Assembly: GCA_004764695.1 (NCBI GenBank)
Contig: SMSO01000032.1
Coordinates: forward strand, 5,674,483 to 5,738,482
Direction: 5' to 3'
Length of the DNA stretch: 64,000 nt
Source of the DNA: Schizochytrium sp. TIO01
Taxonomy: Eukaryota; Protista; Bigyra: Labyrinthulomycetes
This document shows positions 27,670 to 41,800 of the stretch, one piece after another. The position numbers were made by a program, and so were the translations under genes. Each line of letters starts with the position of its first letter. Positions within the stretch are counted from its first letter, which is position 1. The notes under the pieces were generated by a model. It worked only from the letters and a program-made list of their open reading frames with translations. It was not told the DNA's origin and made no database searches.

Positions 27670-28740
27670 AAGACAGCTTTTCTCGACAACTACTTGAGAG
27701 ACACATGTTATTCTTGCACCATTCGATCAGAAAATTTATGGAGAGCTGTACTGTGGAAGTTCTCAAGAGGAAATCATTCTAAAATTATGAGAAAATACCC
27801 TTCCAGGAATTTGGCAGCAGCCTCCCTCTTCTTCAAAACCCCATTATCTCCACAACTACTTTATTGGTCATTTAAAGATTTGGATCAGTAGAAAGCGCAA
27901 GTAATACAGAATACGGATGATGGCAGGAGTGCGAAAAAACAAATCTTTGAAAGTATTTTTCGAACTTTTAAAAGAAAATGTTACTGTTCCATACTATTAA
28001 TAAGAGGAAAGAACTAAACTTAGTACTGTTGTAACTTTCTGGATAAAATAGCTAGATCTTATTGACAGGCACCGACAGAACGTGCGTCGTTGTTACCACA
28101 GGATAGTTATAATCGTTGCGAAAAAATAATGTTCCAAGCTTGCGGAAAGAAGCTCCAAGTGATCACTTTATCAAACAACTGATGGATTATCGAAAGAAAG
28201 AAAGAAAGACATATTTTCTCGACAACTACTTGAGAGACACATGTTATTTTTGCAGCATTAGATCAGAAAATTTATGGAGAGCTATACTATTGAAGTTTTC
28301 AAGGGGAAATCGTTCTAAAATTATGAGAAATTACCCTTCCAGGTATTTGGCAGCAGCCTCCCACTTCTTCAAAACCCCATTATCTCCACAACTACTTTAT
28401 TGATCATTTAAAGATTTGGATCAGTAGAAAGCGCAAGCAATACAGAATACGGATGATGGCATGAGTCAGAAAAAACAAATCTTTGAAAGTTTTTTTCAAA
28501 CTTTTAAAAGAAAATGTTACTCTTCTATATTATTAATAAGAGAAAGAACTAAACTTAGTACTGTTATAACTTTCTTGATAAAATTGTTAGGTCTTTTCGA
28601 TAAGCACCGTCGGGAAGTGCGTCGTTGTTACCACAGGAGAGTCATAATCGTTGCGAAAAAATATGTTTTCAAGCTTGTGAAAAGAAGCTCCTAGTTATCA
28701 CTTTATTTAAACAAGCAGTTGATGGATCCTCACAAGGGAC
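27670..28740 (+). repeat. Subtelomeric spacer repeat family B (~535 bp x2)
   Basis: TTTTCTCGACAACTACTTGAGAGACACATG at ~27678 and ~28214. Confidence 0.85.
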
Positions 28741-31700
28741 AATATGTCATTAACCACTAAAGATATTAATGTTTCACAAGTATCATCAGAAAGCTGCTGA
28801 AATTTGCAACATGTTAAAGTATTTGTTTCTGAGAAAACACATCTCCCATGTGTTTTTACTGACCTTTAAAAGTTATTTCTTGGTCTCTCATATTATTAAT
28901 ATGGGGAGGAAACGAGTTTAGTAGTGTTGTAACTCTATAAATACAATAGACAGAACTTTGCTACAAGCCTCGTCAGATAGCTGAATAATAGTTAAAGTGG
29001 GTGGATTTGATATATGAGAGAATCTCTTCTTGCAAGCCTGAGAAAAGAAGCTCTAAGTTGCCACTCTATTTGTGAGCAGCAAAATGATTAGTATAAGGTT
29101 CATTTTCTCAACAACGGGGAAATATATTAATCATCAGGTGATACCGTTGGATAGCTGTTAAGATTAACAACAGGGTAGATGTGTTTTCTCAGGCGAAATC
29201 TTTTTAAAATTTATTTTTACTGACCTTTGAAAGTTATTTCTTAGTCGCCCATATCATTAATAGGGAGAAAGAACTGAGTTTAGTAATGCTCTAACTCTAT
29301 GAATAGAATAGAAAGGACTTTACTATAGGCACCCCTTGATAGAACATGAATTGCTGAGATGCTCGAATTTGATTTGTGAGAAAAAAGATGTTGTCTAGAC
29401 GAATTGTTGGTCCCGAGTCGGGATAACAAGGAGTCTCCTGCCTTTCTAATCATACCTTTTACAGAGGTAGGGTTAGGGTAAAGGTCAAGCATTGGACAAC
29501 GAAGAGTCTCTTAACTTTCTTATTATACCTTTTGCAGTAGTAGGGTTAGGGTAATGCTCGTGCATTATATACATGAACACGAGTATTAACCCATAATACC
29601 ACTGTAAAAGTATCAAAGAACGTAGGAGAATCTTTATCAAGAAAACAAATATTCACTAAGGGACACATGGACTAAACACTAGTAGTTGCGGTTTTCCGCT
29701 CGGTGGCCGCCACTAATAAAGGACATGTGTAACAGAGACTGAGTAGAAATAACTTCTTCACTGCCGGCAGTATGTCAGCAGACCTCAAACTATACAACCT
29801 CAACCTAAAAAGTAAACAACCTTTCGAGTCTCTGTCACTCTACAGCATTCAACAAAAAAAGACCCTGTCAAGCTTGAGAAAAGAAGCTCCAAGTTATCAT
29901 TCTGTTTGTGAGCAGGATAGAGAATTGAACGGCTAGTATAAAATTCATTTTCTCAACAACGGGGAAAAATATTAATCATGGAGGGGTACCGTTGGAAAGC
30001 TGGGGCAATGTACAACAGGGTTGAGGTGTTTGCTTAGCTGAAATATTCTTAAAATGTGTTTCTACTGACCTTTGAAAGATTATTTTTTGTCTCTCATATT
30101 ATTAATAGGGGGCGGGAACCGGATTTAGTAGTGTTTTAACTCTTTGAGTAGAGTAAGCAGAACTTTTCTAGAAGAATCATTCGATAGCGCATGAATTGTT
30201 GAGATGAGTGCATTTAATTTATGAGGAAAAAGCTTCTTGCAAGCTTGAGAAAAGAAGCTCTAAGTTGTCACTCTGTCTATTGGCAGGATAAAGAAAACAT
30301 TTGCTACTATAAGATTCATTTTCTCAACAATGGGGAAAGATATTAATCATAGAGTGATACCGTTGGAAAGCTGTTAAGATCTACAACAGGTTAGATGCGT
30401 TTTCTCAGAAAAAATACTTTTAACATATAGTTTTATTGACCTTTGAAAGTTATTCTTTAGTCTCTCATATTATTAATAGGGGGGTGGAGCCGAGTTTAGT
30501 AGTGTCCTAACTCTTTGAGTATAATATACAGAATTTTTCTACAAACACAATTCGATAGCTCAAGAATTGTTGAGATGGCCTCGTTTGATTTATGAGAGAA
30601 AAGCTTCTTGTAAGCTTGAGAAAAGAAGCTCTAAGTTGTCACTCTATTTGATAACAAAAGAAAGAATTAAATGATTAGTATAAGATGCATTTTCTCAACA
30701 ACGGGGAAGTATATAAATCATGGACTGGTACCATTGGAAAGCGGCTTGAAATTGCAACAGGGTAGATGTAATTTATCAGAAAAAATACTTTAAACATATA
30801 GTTTTACTAACCTTTGAAAGTTTATTTTTTGTCTCTCATATTATTAATAGGGGGAAGGAACGAGTTTAGTAGTGTTTTAACTCTATGAGTAGAGTACACA
30901 GAACTTTTCTAGAAGAACCATTCGATAGCGCATGAATTGTGGAGATGGCCGCATTTGATTTATGAATAAAAATCTTTTTTCAAGTTTGAGAAAAAAAGCT
31001 CTAAGTTGTTACTCTATTTGTTGGCAGGATAGAGAATAAAATTGATTAGTATAAGATTCATTTTCTCAATGATTAAGCAATATATTAATCATGAATTGGT
31101 ACCGTTGGAAAGCTGTTGCAATCTACAACAGGATGAATGTGTTGGTTCAGAAAAAAAAATATGACTATGTTTTATTGACTTTTGAAAGATATTTCTTTGT
31201 TTCTCATATTATTAATAGGGGGGAGAAACCGAGTTTAGTAGTGTTATAACTCTATTACTAGAACAGACAGAACTTTGCTACAAGCACCATTCGATAAATC
31301 ATGAATTTTTGAGATAGCCGCGTCTGATTTATAATTGAAAATATTTTTGTAAGCTTGAGAAAAGAAGCTCCAAGTTGTTACTCTATTTATTAGCAGGATA
31401 AAGGGTAAATTGAATAGTATAAGATTCAATATTTCAACAATGAGATAATATATTAATCATCGAGTGGTACCATTGGAAGGCTGCTTGCATTTACAACAGG
31501 GTAGATGTGTTTTCTCAGAAAAAATACTTTTAATATATAGTTTTACTGACCTTTGAAAGTTTAATTTTGGTCTCTCATATTATTCATAGGGGAAAGAACC
31601 AAGTTTAGTAGTGTTCTAACTTTATCAATAGAATAGACAGAGCTTTACTACAAGCACCATTCGATAGCTCATGAATTGTTAAGACGCGTGTATTTGATTT

Positions 31701-33900
31701 ATGAGAAAAAACATACTTGCAAGCTTCAGAAAAGAAGCTCCAAGTTGTCACTATTTGTGAGCAGGATAAAGAATAAATTGATTAGTATAATATTCATTTT
31801 CTCAACAATGAGATAATATATTAATCATCGAGTGGTACCATTGGAAAGCTGGAAACATTTACAACAGGGAAGATGTGTTGGTTCAGAAAAAATAAAATTA
31901 TGGTTTTGTTTTTATTAACTTTTGAAATAGTCTCTCATATTATTAATAAGGAGAAAGAGCTGAGTTTAGTAGTGTTCTAACTTTATCAATAGAATAGACA
32001 GAACTTTTCTAGAAGAAACACTCGATAGCCCATTACTTGTTGAGATGGCCACATTTGATTTATGAGCGAGAATCTTTTTTCAAGTTTGAGAAAAGAAGCT
32101 CTAAGTTGTTACTCTATTTGTTGGCAGGATAAAGAATATAATGATTAGTATAAGATTCATTTTCTCAATAATGAAGCAATATATTAATCATGGATTGGTA
32201 CCATTGGAAAGCTGTTGCAATTTACAACAGGATGAATGTGTTGGTTCAGAAAAAAATAAAATTATGATTATATTTTTTTGACTTTTGAAAGATATTTCTT
32301 AGTCTCTCATATTATTAATAAGGAGAAAGAGCTGAGTTTAGTAGTGTTCTAACCCTATGAATAAAATAGAAAACACTTTGCTATAAGCATCATTCTATAA
32401 CTCATTGATGGTTAAATTGGGTGGATTTGATTTGTGAGAAATAATTTGCTTGCAAGCTTGAGAAATGAAGCTCAACGTTATCACTCTATTTTTTAGCAGC
32501 ACAGAGAATAAATTGTTTAGTATAAGAATCATTTTCTCAACATCAGGGAAAGATATTAATCATGGAGTGCTACCGTTGAACAGCTGTTTCAATTTACAAC
32601 AGGGTAGATGTGTTGCTTTAGAAAAACAAATTTATGATTATGTTTTTACTGACCTTTAAAAGATATTTTTTGGTCTCTTATATTATTAATATGGAAAAAG
32701 AACTGAGTTTAGAAGTCTTGTAACTCTCTGAAAAGAATAAACAAAACTTTTCTACAAGCATTACCCGGTAGTGCACTAATTGTTAATACGTCCGCATTTG
32801 AGTTATGATAAAAATTCTTCTTGCAAACTTCAGAAAAAAGCTCCAAGTTCTTACTGTAGGATAAGGAATCAAATGATTAGTATAAGACTCATTTTCTCAA
32901 CAACGGGGAAAAAGAATAATCATGGAGTGGTACCGTTGGAAAGCTGTTTCAATTTACAACAGGATGAATGTGTTGGTTCAGAAAAAAATAAAATTATGAT
33001 TATGTTTTTACTGACCTTTGAAATATATTTTTTGGTCTTTCATATTAATAATAGAGGGAAGGAACCGAGTTTAGTACTGTTCTAACTTTATCAATGCAAT
33101 AGCCAGAGCTTTGCTACAAGCACCATTCAATGATTCATGAACTGTTAAGATGCGTGCATTTGATATATCATAAACAATATTCTTGCAAGATTGAGAAAAA
33201 AAACATCAAACTGTCACTCTATTTGTTAGCAAGATATATAACAAAATGTTTAGTACAAGATTCATTTTGTCGCCAACAGGGTAATATATTAATCATCGAA
33301 TGGTACCCTTGGAAAGAGGCGTCGATTTGCAACAGGGTATAAGCGTTTGCTAAGAGAAATTAAGATTTTATTTATGTTTTTATTGACTTTCGAAAGTAAT
33401 TCTTGGTTTCTCTTATTATTAATAGGGAGAAGGAACCCAGTTTAGTAGTGTTTTGACCCAATCCAAAAAGTAGGTAGCACTTTTCTACAAGAACAACTCG
33501 GTAGCTCGTTCAGGGCTAAGATGGACACCTTTGATTGATGAGAGGAAATCTTCTTCCAAGCTACAGTGAACAGGTCTTAGTTATCACTCTAATTATTAGC
33601 AGGACATAAAATTAAATGGTTAGCATAAGATTCATTTGCTCAACAAATGAGTCACATATTAATCATGGAGTGATACTATCAAAAAGCTGCTGAGCTGTAC
33701 GACAGAAGACAGGTCTTGATTAAGAAAAATTTAAACTATGTTTAAGTTTTTATTGAACTTTGAAAGTTATTTCTTAGTTTCTCATCTCACTAATAACGAG
33801 AAAAGGCAAAGTTTGTAGTGTCATAACTCTATCAATGAAATAGATAGAACTTTTCTACAAGCACCACTAGAACGCTTCACAACTCATCAACGATCAACGT
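28740..33900 (+). repeat. Subtelomeric spacer repeat family C (~365-372 bp, ~13 units)
   Basis: Marker GTTTAGTAGTGTT (and variants) recurs about every 370 bp from ~28916 to ~33811; one unit is interrupted by an insertion. Confidence 0.9.
29389..29854. mobile_element. 466-bp solo-LTR-like insertion
   Basis: Ends TGTTG...CAACA, flanked on both sides by AAAAAAGA. It is absent from the homologous position of the other arm (39901-39927 reads as the empty site GAGAAAAAAGACCCTG). Internal AATAAA near 29715. Confidence 0.8.
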
Positions 33901-34088
33901 GCAATTAAGCTGAGAGAATACTTTTACAAATTACACAAAAGGACTTCCATATACTGTTCTTATTGAAGTCTCCCATATCCACGAATGTCAGCAGGCGCAT
34001 AAAAACTTTTTATTTTTTAAAAGAAAATATTTTCAATTCTTCTTAAAATATTTTTGGTAAAACCATTGATAAATATAATGTATAATAG

Positions 34089-34480
34089 TAGGTTAGGTTA
34101 GGTAAGGTTAGGTAAGGTTAGGTAAGGTTAGGTAAGGTTAGGTAAGGTTAGGTAAGGTTAGGTTAGGTTAGGTTAGGTTAGGTTAGGTTAGGTTAGGTTA
34201 GGTTAGGTTAGGTTAGGTTAGGTTAGGTTAGGTTAGGTTAGGTTAGGTTAGGTTAGGTTAGGTTAGGTTAGGTTAGGTTAGGTTAGGTTAGGTTAGGTTA
34301 GGTTAGGTTAGGTTAGGTTAGGTTAGGTTAGGTTAGGTTAGGTTAGGTTAGGTTAGGTTAGGTTAGGTTAGGTTAGGTTAGGTTAGGTTAGGTTAGGTTA
34401 GGTTAGGTTAGGTTAGGTTAGGTTAGGTTAGGTTAGGTTAGGTTAGGTTAGGTTAGGTTAGGTTAGGTAGGTTAGGTTAG
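34089..34480 (+). repeat. Telomere array (TTAGG)n with proximal (GGTAAGGTTA)6 variant block
   Basis: Seen directly. Confidence 0.98.
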
Positions 34481-35185
34481 NNNNNNNNNNNNNNNNNNNN
34501 NNNNNNNNNNNNNNNNNNNNNNNNNNNNNNNNNNNNNNNNNNNNNNNNNNNNNNNNNNNNNNNNNNNNNNNNNNNNNNNNNNNNNNNNNNNNNNNNNNNN
34601 NNNNNNNNNNNNNNNNNNNNNNNNNNNNNNNNNNNNNNNNNNNNNNNNNNNNNNNNNNNNNNNNNNNNNNNNNNNNNNNNNNNNNNNNNNNNNNNNNNNN
34701 NNNNNNNNNNNNNNNNNNNNNNNNNNNNNNNNNNNNNNNNNNNNNNNNNNNNNNNNNNNNNNNNNNNNNNNNNNNNNNNNNNNNNNNNNNNNNNNNNNNN
34801 NNNNNNNNNNNNNNNNNNNNNNNNNNNNNNNNNNNNNNNNNNNNNNNNNNNNNNNNNNNNNNNNNNNNNNNNNNNNNNNNNNNNNNNNNNNNNNNNNNNN
34901 NNNNNNNNNNNNNNNNNNNNNNNNNNNNNNNNNNNNNNNNNNNNNNNNNNNNNNNNNNNNNNNNNNNNNNNNNNNNNNNNNNNNNNNNNNNNNNNNNNNN
35001 NNNNNNNNNNNNNNNNNNNNNNNNNNNNNNNNNNNNNNNNNNNNNNNNNNNNNNNNNNNNNNNNNNNNNNNNNNNNNNNNNNNNNNNNNNNNNNNNNNNN
35101 NNNNNNNNNNNNNNNNNNNNNNNNNNNNNNNNNNNNNNNNNNNNNNNNNNNNNNNNNNNNNNNNNNNNNNNNNNNNNNNNNNNNN
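34481..35185. other. Assembly gap (~705 N)
   Basis: Run of N; right edge uncertain by 1 nt. Confidence 0.99.
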
Positions 35186-35194
35186 AAGAGAGAT

Positions 35195-35672
35195 CTAACC
35201 TAACCTAACCTAACCTAACCTAACCTAACCTAACCTAACCTAACCTAACCTAACCTAACCTAACCTAACCTAACCTAACCTAACCTAACCTAACCTAACC
35301 TAACCTAACCTAACCTAACCTAACCTAACCTAACCTAACCTAACCTAACCTAACCTAACCTAACCTAACCTAACCTAACCTAACCTAACCTAACCTAACC
35401 TAACCTAACCTAACCTAACCTAACCTAACCTAACCTAACCTAACCTAACCTAACCTAACCTAACCTAACCTAACCTAACCTAACCTAACCTAACCTAACC
35501 TAACCTAACCTAACCTTACCTAACCTTACCTAACCTTACCTAACCTTACCTAACCTTACCTAACCTTACCTAACCTTACCTAACCTTACCTAACCTTACC
35601 TAACCTTACCTAACCTTACCTAACCTTACCTAACCTTACCTAACCTTACCTAACCTTACCTAACCTAACCTA
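35195..35672 (-). repeat. Telomere array (CCTAA)n with proximal (TAACCTTACC)15 variant block
   Basis: Seen directly; opposite orientation to the left array. Confidence 0.98.
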
Positions 35673-35859
35673 CTATTATACATTATATTTATCAATGGTT
35701 TTACCAAAAATATTTTAAGAAGAATTGAAAATATTTTCTTTTAAAAAATAAAAAGTTTTTATGCGCCTGCTGACATTCGTGGATATGGGAGACTTCAATA
35801 AGAACAGTATATGGAAGTCCTTTTGTGTAATTTGTAAAAGTATTCTCTCAGCTTAATTC

Positions 35860-38800
35860 CACGTTGATCGTTGATGAGTTGTGAAGCGTTCTAGTGGTGC
35901 TTGTAGAAAAGTTCGATCTATTTCATTGATAGAGTTATGACACTACAAACTTTGCCTTTTCTCGTTATTAGTGAGATGAGAAACTAAGAAATAACTTTCA
36001 AAGTTCAATAAAAACTTAAACATAGTTTAAATTTTTCTTAATCAAGACCTGTCTTCTGTCGTACAGCTCAGCAGCTTTTTGATAGTATCACTCCATGATT
36101 AATATGTGACTCATTTGTTGAGCAAATGAATCTTATGCTAACCATTTAATTTTATGTCCTGCTAATAATTAGAGTGATAACTAAGACCTGTTCACTGTAG
36201 CTTGGAAGAAGATTTCCTCTCATCAATCAAAGGTGTCCATCTTAGCCCTGAACGAGCTACCGAGTTGTTCTTGTAGAAAAGTGCTACCTACTTTTTGGAT
36301 TGGGTCAAAACACTACTAAACTGGGTTCCTTCTCCCTATTAATAATAAGAGAAACCAAGAATTACTTTCGAAAGTCAATAAAAACATAAATAAAATCTTA
36401 ATTTCTCTTAGCAAACGCTTATACCCTGTTGCAAATCGACGCCTCTTTCCAAGGGTACCATTCGATGATTAATATATTACCCTGTTGGCGACAAAATGAA
36501 TCTTGTACTAAACATTTTGTTATATATCTTGCTAACAAATAGAGTGACAGTTTGATGTTTTTTTTCTCAATCTTGCAAGAATATTGTTTATGATATATCA
36601 AATGCACGCATCTTAACAGTTCATGAATCATTGAATGGTGCTTGTAGCAAAGCTCTGGCTATTGCATTGATAAAGTTAGAACAGTACTAAACTCGGTTCC
36701 TTCCCTCTATTATTAATATGAAAGACCAAAAAATATATTTCAAAGGTCAGTAAAAACATAATCATAATTTTATTTTTTTCTGAACCAACACATTCATCCT
36801 GTTGTAAATTGAAACAGCTTTCCAACGGTACCACTCCATGATTATTCTTTTTCCCCGTTGTTGAGAAAATGAGTCTTATACTAATCATTTGATTCCTTAT
36901 CCTACAGTAAGAACTTGGAGCTTTTTTCTGAAGTTTGCAAGAAGAATTTTTATCATAACTCAAATGCGGACGTATTAACAATTAGTGCACTACCGGGTAA
37001 TGCTTGTAGAAAAGTTTTGTTTATTCTTTTCAGAGAGTTACAAGACTTCTAAACTCAGTTCTTTTTCCATATTAATAATATAAGAGACCAAAAAATATCT
37101 TTTAAAGGTCAGTAAAAACATAATCATAAATTTGTTTTTCTAAAGCAACACATCTACCCTGTTGTAAATTGAAACAGCTGTTCAACGGTAGCACTCCATG
37201 ATTAATATCTTTCCCTGATGTTGAGAAAATGATTCTTATACTAAACAATTTATTCTCTGTGCTGCTAAAAAATAGAGTGATAACGTTGAGCTTCATTTCT
37301 CAAGCTTGCAAGCAAATTATTTCTCACAAATCAAATCCACCCAATTTAACCATCAATGAGTTATAGAATGATGCTTATAGCAAAGTGTTTTCTATTTTAT
37401 TCATAGGGTTAGAACACTACTAAACTCAGCTCTTTCTCCTTATTAATAATATGAGAGACTAAGAAATATCTTTCAAAAGTCAAAAAAATATAATCATAAT
37501 TTTATTTTTTTCTGAACCAACACATTCATCCTGTTGTAAATTGCAACAGCTTTCCAATGGTACCAATCCATGATTAATATATTGCTTCATTATTGAGAAA
37601 ATGAATCTTATACTAATCATTATATTCTTTATCCTGCCAACAAATAGAGTAACAACTTAGAGCTTCTTTTCTCAAACTTGAAAAAAGATTCTCGCTCATA
37701 AATCAAATGTGGCCATCTCAACAAGTAATGGGCTATCGAGCGTTTCTTCTAGAAAAGTTCTGTCTATTCTATTGATAAAGTTAGAACACTACTAAACTCA
37801 GCTCTTTCTCCTTATTAATAATATGAGAGACTAAGAAATATCTTTCAAAAGTTAATAAAAACAAAATCATAATTTTATTTTTTCTGAACCAACACATCTT
37901 CCCTGTTGTAAATGTTTCCAGCTTTCCAATGGTACCACTCGATGATTAATATATTATCTCATTGTTGAGAAAATGAATATTATACTAATCAATTTATTCT
38001 TTATCCTGCTCACAAATAGTGACAACTTGGAGCTTCTTTTCTGAAGCTTGCAAGTATGTTTTTTCTCATAAATCAAATACACGCGTCTTAACAATTCATG
38101 AGCTATCGAATGGTGCTTGTAGTAAAGCTCTGTCTATTCTATTGATAAAGTTAGAACACTACTAAACTTGGTTCTTTCCCCTATGAATAATATGAGAGAC
38201 CAAAATTAAACTTTCAAAGGTCAGTAAAACTATATATTAAAAGTATTTTTTCTGAGAAAACACATCTACCCTGTTGTAAATGCAAGCAGCCTTCCAATGG
38301 TACCACTCGATGATTAATATATTATCTCATTGTTGAGATATTGAATCTTATACTATTCAATTTACCCTTTATCCTGGTAATAAATAGAGTAACAACTTGG
38401 AGCTTCTTTTCTCAAGCTTACAAAAGTATTTTCAATCATAAATCAGACGCGGTTATCTCAAAAATTCATGATTTATCGAATGGTGCTTGTAGCAAAGTTC
38501 TGTCTGTTCTAGTAATAGAGTTATAACACTACTAAACTCGGTTTCTCCCCCCTATTAATAATATGAGAAACAAAGAAATATCTTTCAAAAGTCAATAAAA
38601 CATAGTCATATTTTTTTTTCTGAACCAACACATTCATCCTGTTGTAGATTGCAACAGCTTTCCAACGGTACCAATTCATGATTAATATATTGCTTAATCA
38701 TTGAGAAAATGAATCTTATACTAATCAATTTTATTCTCTATCCTGCCAACAAATAGAGTAACAACTTAGAGCTTTTTTTCTCAAACTTGAAAAAAGAATT

Positions 38801-41800
38801 TCTCTCATGAATCAAATGCGGCCATCTCCACAATTCATGCGCTATCGAATGGTTCTTCTAGAAAAGTTCTGCTTACTCTACTCATAGAGTTAAAACACTA
38901 CTAAACTCGGTTCCTTCCCCCTATTAATAATATGAGAGAAAAAAAAATAAACTTTCAAAGGTTAGTAAAACTATATGTTTAAAGTATTTTTTCTGATAAA
39001 TTACATCTACCCTGTTGCAATTTCGAGCCGCTTTCCAATGGTACCAGTCCATGATTTATATACTTCCCCGTTGTTGAGAAAATGCATCTTATACTAATCA
39101 TTTAATTCTTTCTTTTGTTATCAAATAGAGTGACAACTTAGAGCTTCTTTTCTCAAGCTTACAAGAAGCTTTTCTCTCATAAATCAAACGCGGCCATCTC
39201 AACAATTCTTGAGCTATTGAATTGTGTTTGTAGAAAAATTCTGTATATTCTACTCAAAGAGTTAGGACACTACTAAACTCGGCTCCACCCCCCTATTAAT
39301 AATATGAGAGACTAAAGAATAACTTTCAAAGGTCAATAAAACTATATGTTAAAAGTATTTTTTCTGAGAAAACGCATCTAACCTGTTGTAGATCTTAACA
39401 GCTTTCCAACGGTATCACTCTATGATCGATATCTTTCCTCATTGTTGAGAAAATGAATCTTATAGTAGCAAATGTTTTCTTTATCCTGCCAATAGACAGA
39501 GTGACAACTTAGAGCTTCTTTTCTCAAGCTTGCAAGAAGCTTTTCTCTCATAAATTAAATGCACTCATCTCAACAATTCATGCGCTATCGAATGATTCTT
39601 CTAGAAAAGTTCTGCCTACTCTACTCAAAGAGTTAAAACACTACTAAATCCGGTTCCCGGCCCCTATTAATAATATGAGAGACAAAAAATAATCTTTCAA
39701 AGGTCAGTAGAAACACATTTTAAGAATATTTCAGCTAAGCAAACACCTCAACCCTGTTGTACATTGCCCCAGCTTTCCAACGGTACCCCTCCATGATTAA
39801 TATTTTTCCCCGTTGTTGAGAAAATGAATTTTATACTAGCCGTTCAATTCTCTATCCTGCTCACAAACAGAATGATAACTTGGAGCTTCTTTTCTCAAGC
39901 TTGACAGGGTCTTTTTTCTCACAAATCAAATTCGAGCATCTCAGCAATTCATGTTCTATCAAGGGGTGCCTATAGTAAAGTCCTTTCTATTCTATTCATA
40001 GAGTTAGAGCACTACTAAACTCAGTTCTTTCTCCCTATTAATAATATGGGCGACTAAGAAATAACTTTCAAAGGTCAGTAAAAATAAATTTTAAAAACAT
40101 TTCGCCTGAGAAAACACATCTACCCTGTTGTTAATCTTAACAGCTTTCCAACGGTATCACCTGATGATTAATATCTTTCCCCGTTGTTGAGAAAATGAAC
40201 CTTATACTAATCATTTTGCTGCTCACAAATAGAGTGGCAACTTAGAGCTTCTTTTCTCAGGCTTGCAAGAAGAGATTCTCTCATAAATCAAATCCACCCA
40301 CTTTAACTATTATTCAGCTATCTGACGAGGCTTGTAGCAAAGTTCTGTCTATTGTATTTATAGAGTTACAACACTACTAAACTCGTTTCCTCCCCATATT
40401 AATAATATGAGAGACCAAGAAATAACTTTTAAAGGTCAGTAAAAACACATGGGAGATGTGTTTTCTCAGAAACAAATACTTTAACATGTTGCAAATTTCA
40501 GCAGCTTTCTGATGATACTTGTGAAACATTAATATCTTTAGTGGTTAATGACATATTGTCCCTTGTGAGGATCCATCAACTGCTTGTTTAAATAAAGTGA
40601 TAACTAGGAGCTTCTTTTCACAAGCTTGAAAACATATTTTTTCGCAACGATTATGACTCTCCTGTGGTAACAACGACACACTTCCCGACGGTGCTTATCG
40701 AAAAGACCTAACAATTTTATCAAGAAAGTTATAACAGTACTAAGTTTAGTTCTTTCTCTTATTAATAATATAGAAGAGTAACATTTTCTTTTAAAAGTTC
40801 GAAAAATACTTTCAAAGATTTGTTTTTTTCTGACTCATGCCATCATCCGTATTCTGTATTGCTTGCGCTTTCTACTGATCCAAATCTTTAAATGACCAAT
40901 AAAGTAGTTGTGGAGATAACGGGGTTTTGAAGAAGTGGGAGGCTGCTGCCAAATACCTGGAAGGGTAATTTCTCATAATTTTAGAACGATTTCCCCTTGA
41001 AAACTTCAATAGTATAGCTCTCCATAAATTTTCTGATCTAATGGTGCAAAAATAACATGTGTCTCTCAAGTAGTTGTCGAGAAAATATGTTTTTCTTTCT
41101 TTCTTTCGATAATCCATCAGTTGTTTGATAAAGTGATCACTTGGAGCTTCTTTCCGCAAGCTTGGAAAATTATTTTTTCGCAACGATTATAACTATCCTG
41201 TGGTAACAACGACGCACGTTCTGTCGGTGCCTGTCAATAAGATCTAGCTATTTTATCCAGAAAGTTACAACAGTACTAAGTTTAGTTCTTTCCTCTTATT
41301 AATAGTATGGAACAGTAACATTTTCTTTTAAAAGTTCGAAAAATACTTTCAAAGATTTGTTTTTTCGCACTCCTGCCATCATCCGTATTCTGTATTACTT
41401 GCGCTTTCTACTGATCCAAATCTTTAAATGACCAATAAAGTAGTTGTGGAGATAATGGGGTTTTGAAGAAGAGGGAGGCTGCTGCCAAATTCCTGGAAGG
41501 GTATTTTCTCATAATTTTAGAATGATTTCCTCTTGAGAACTTCCACAGTACAGCTCTCCATAAATTTTCTGATCGAATGGTGCAAGAATAACATGTGTCT
41601 CTCAAGTAGTTGTCGAGAAAAGCTGTCTTTCTTTCTTTGTTCTCAGTTAAATTAAAAATAATTTTAAAAGATGGCAACTACGTAGGGGTCAAACTCGATG
41701 TTGCCGAGAGTATTTTTCAATTCAGGCACACCAATTCTATGGAAAATTAAATTTCCGATCTAATGATATCATTTTTATGGATCTCACTTCTCATGGTGTT

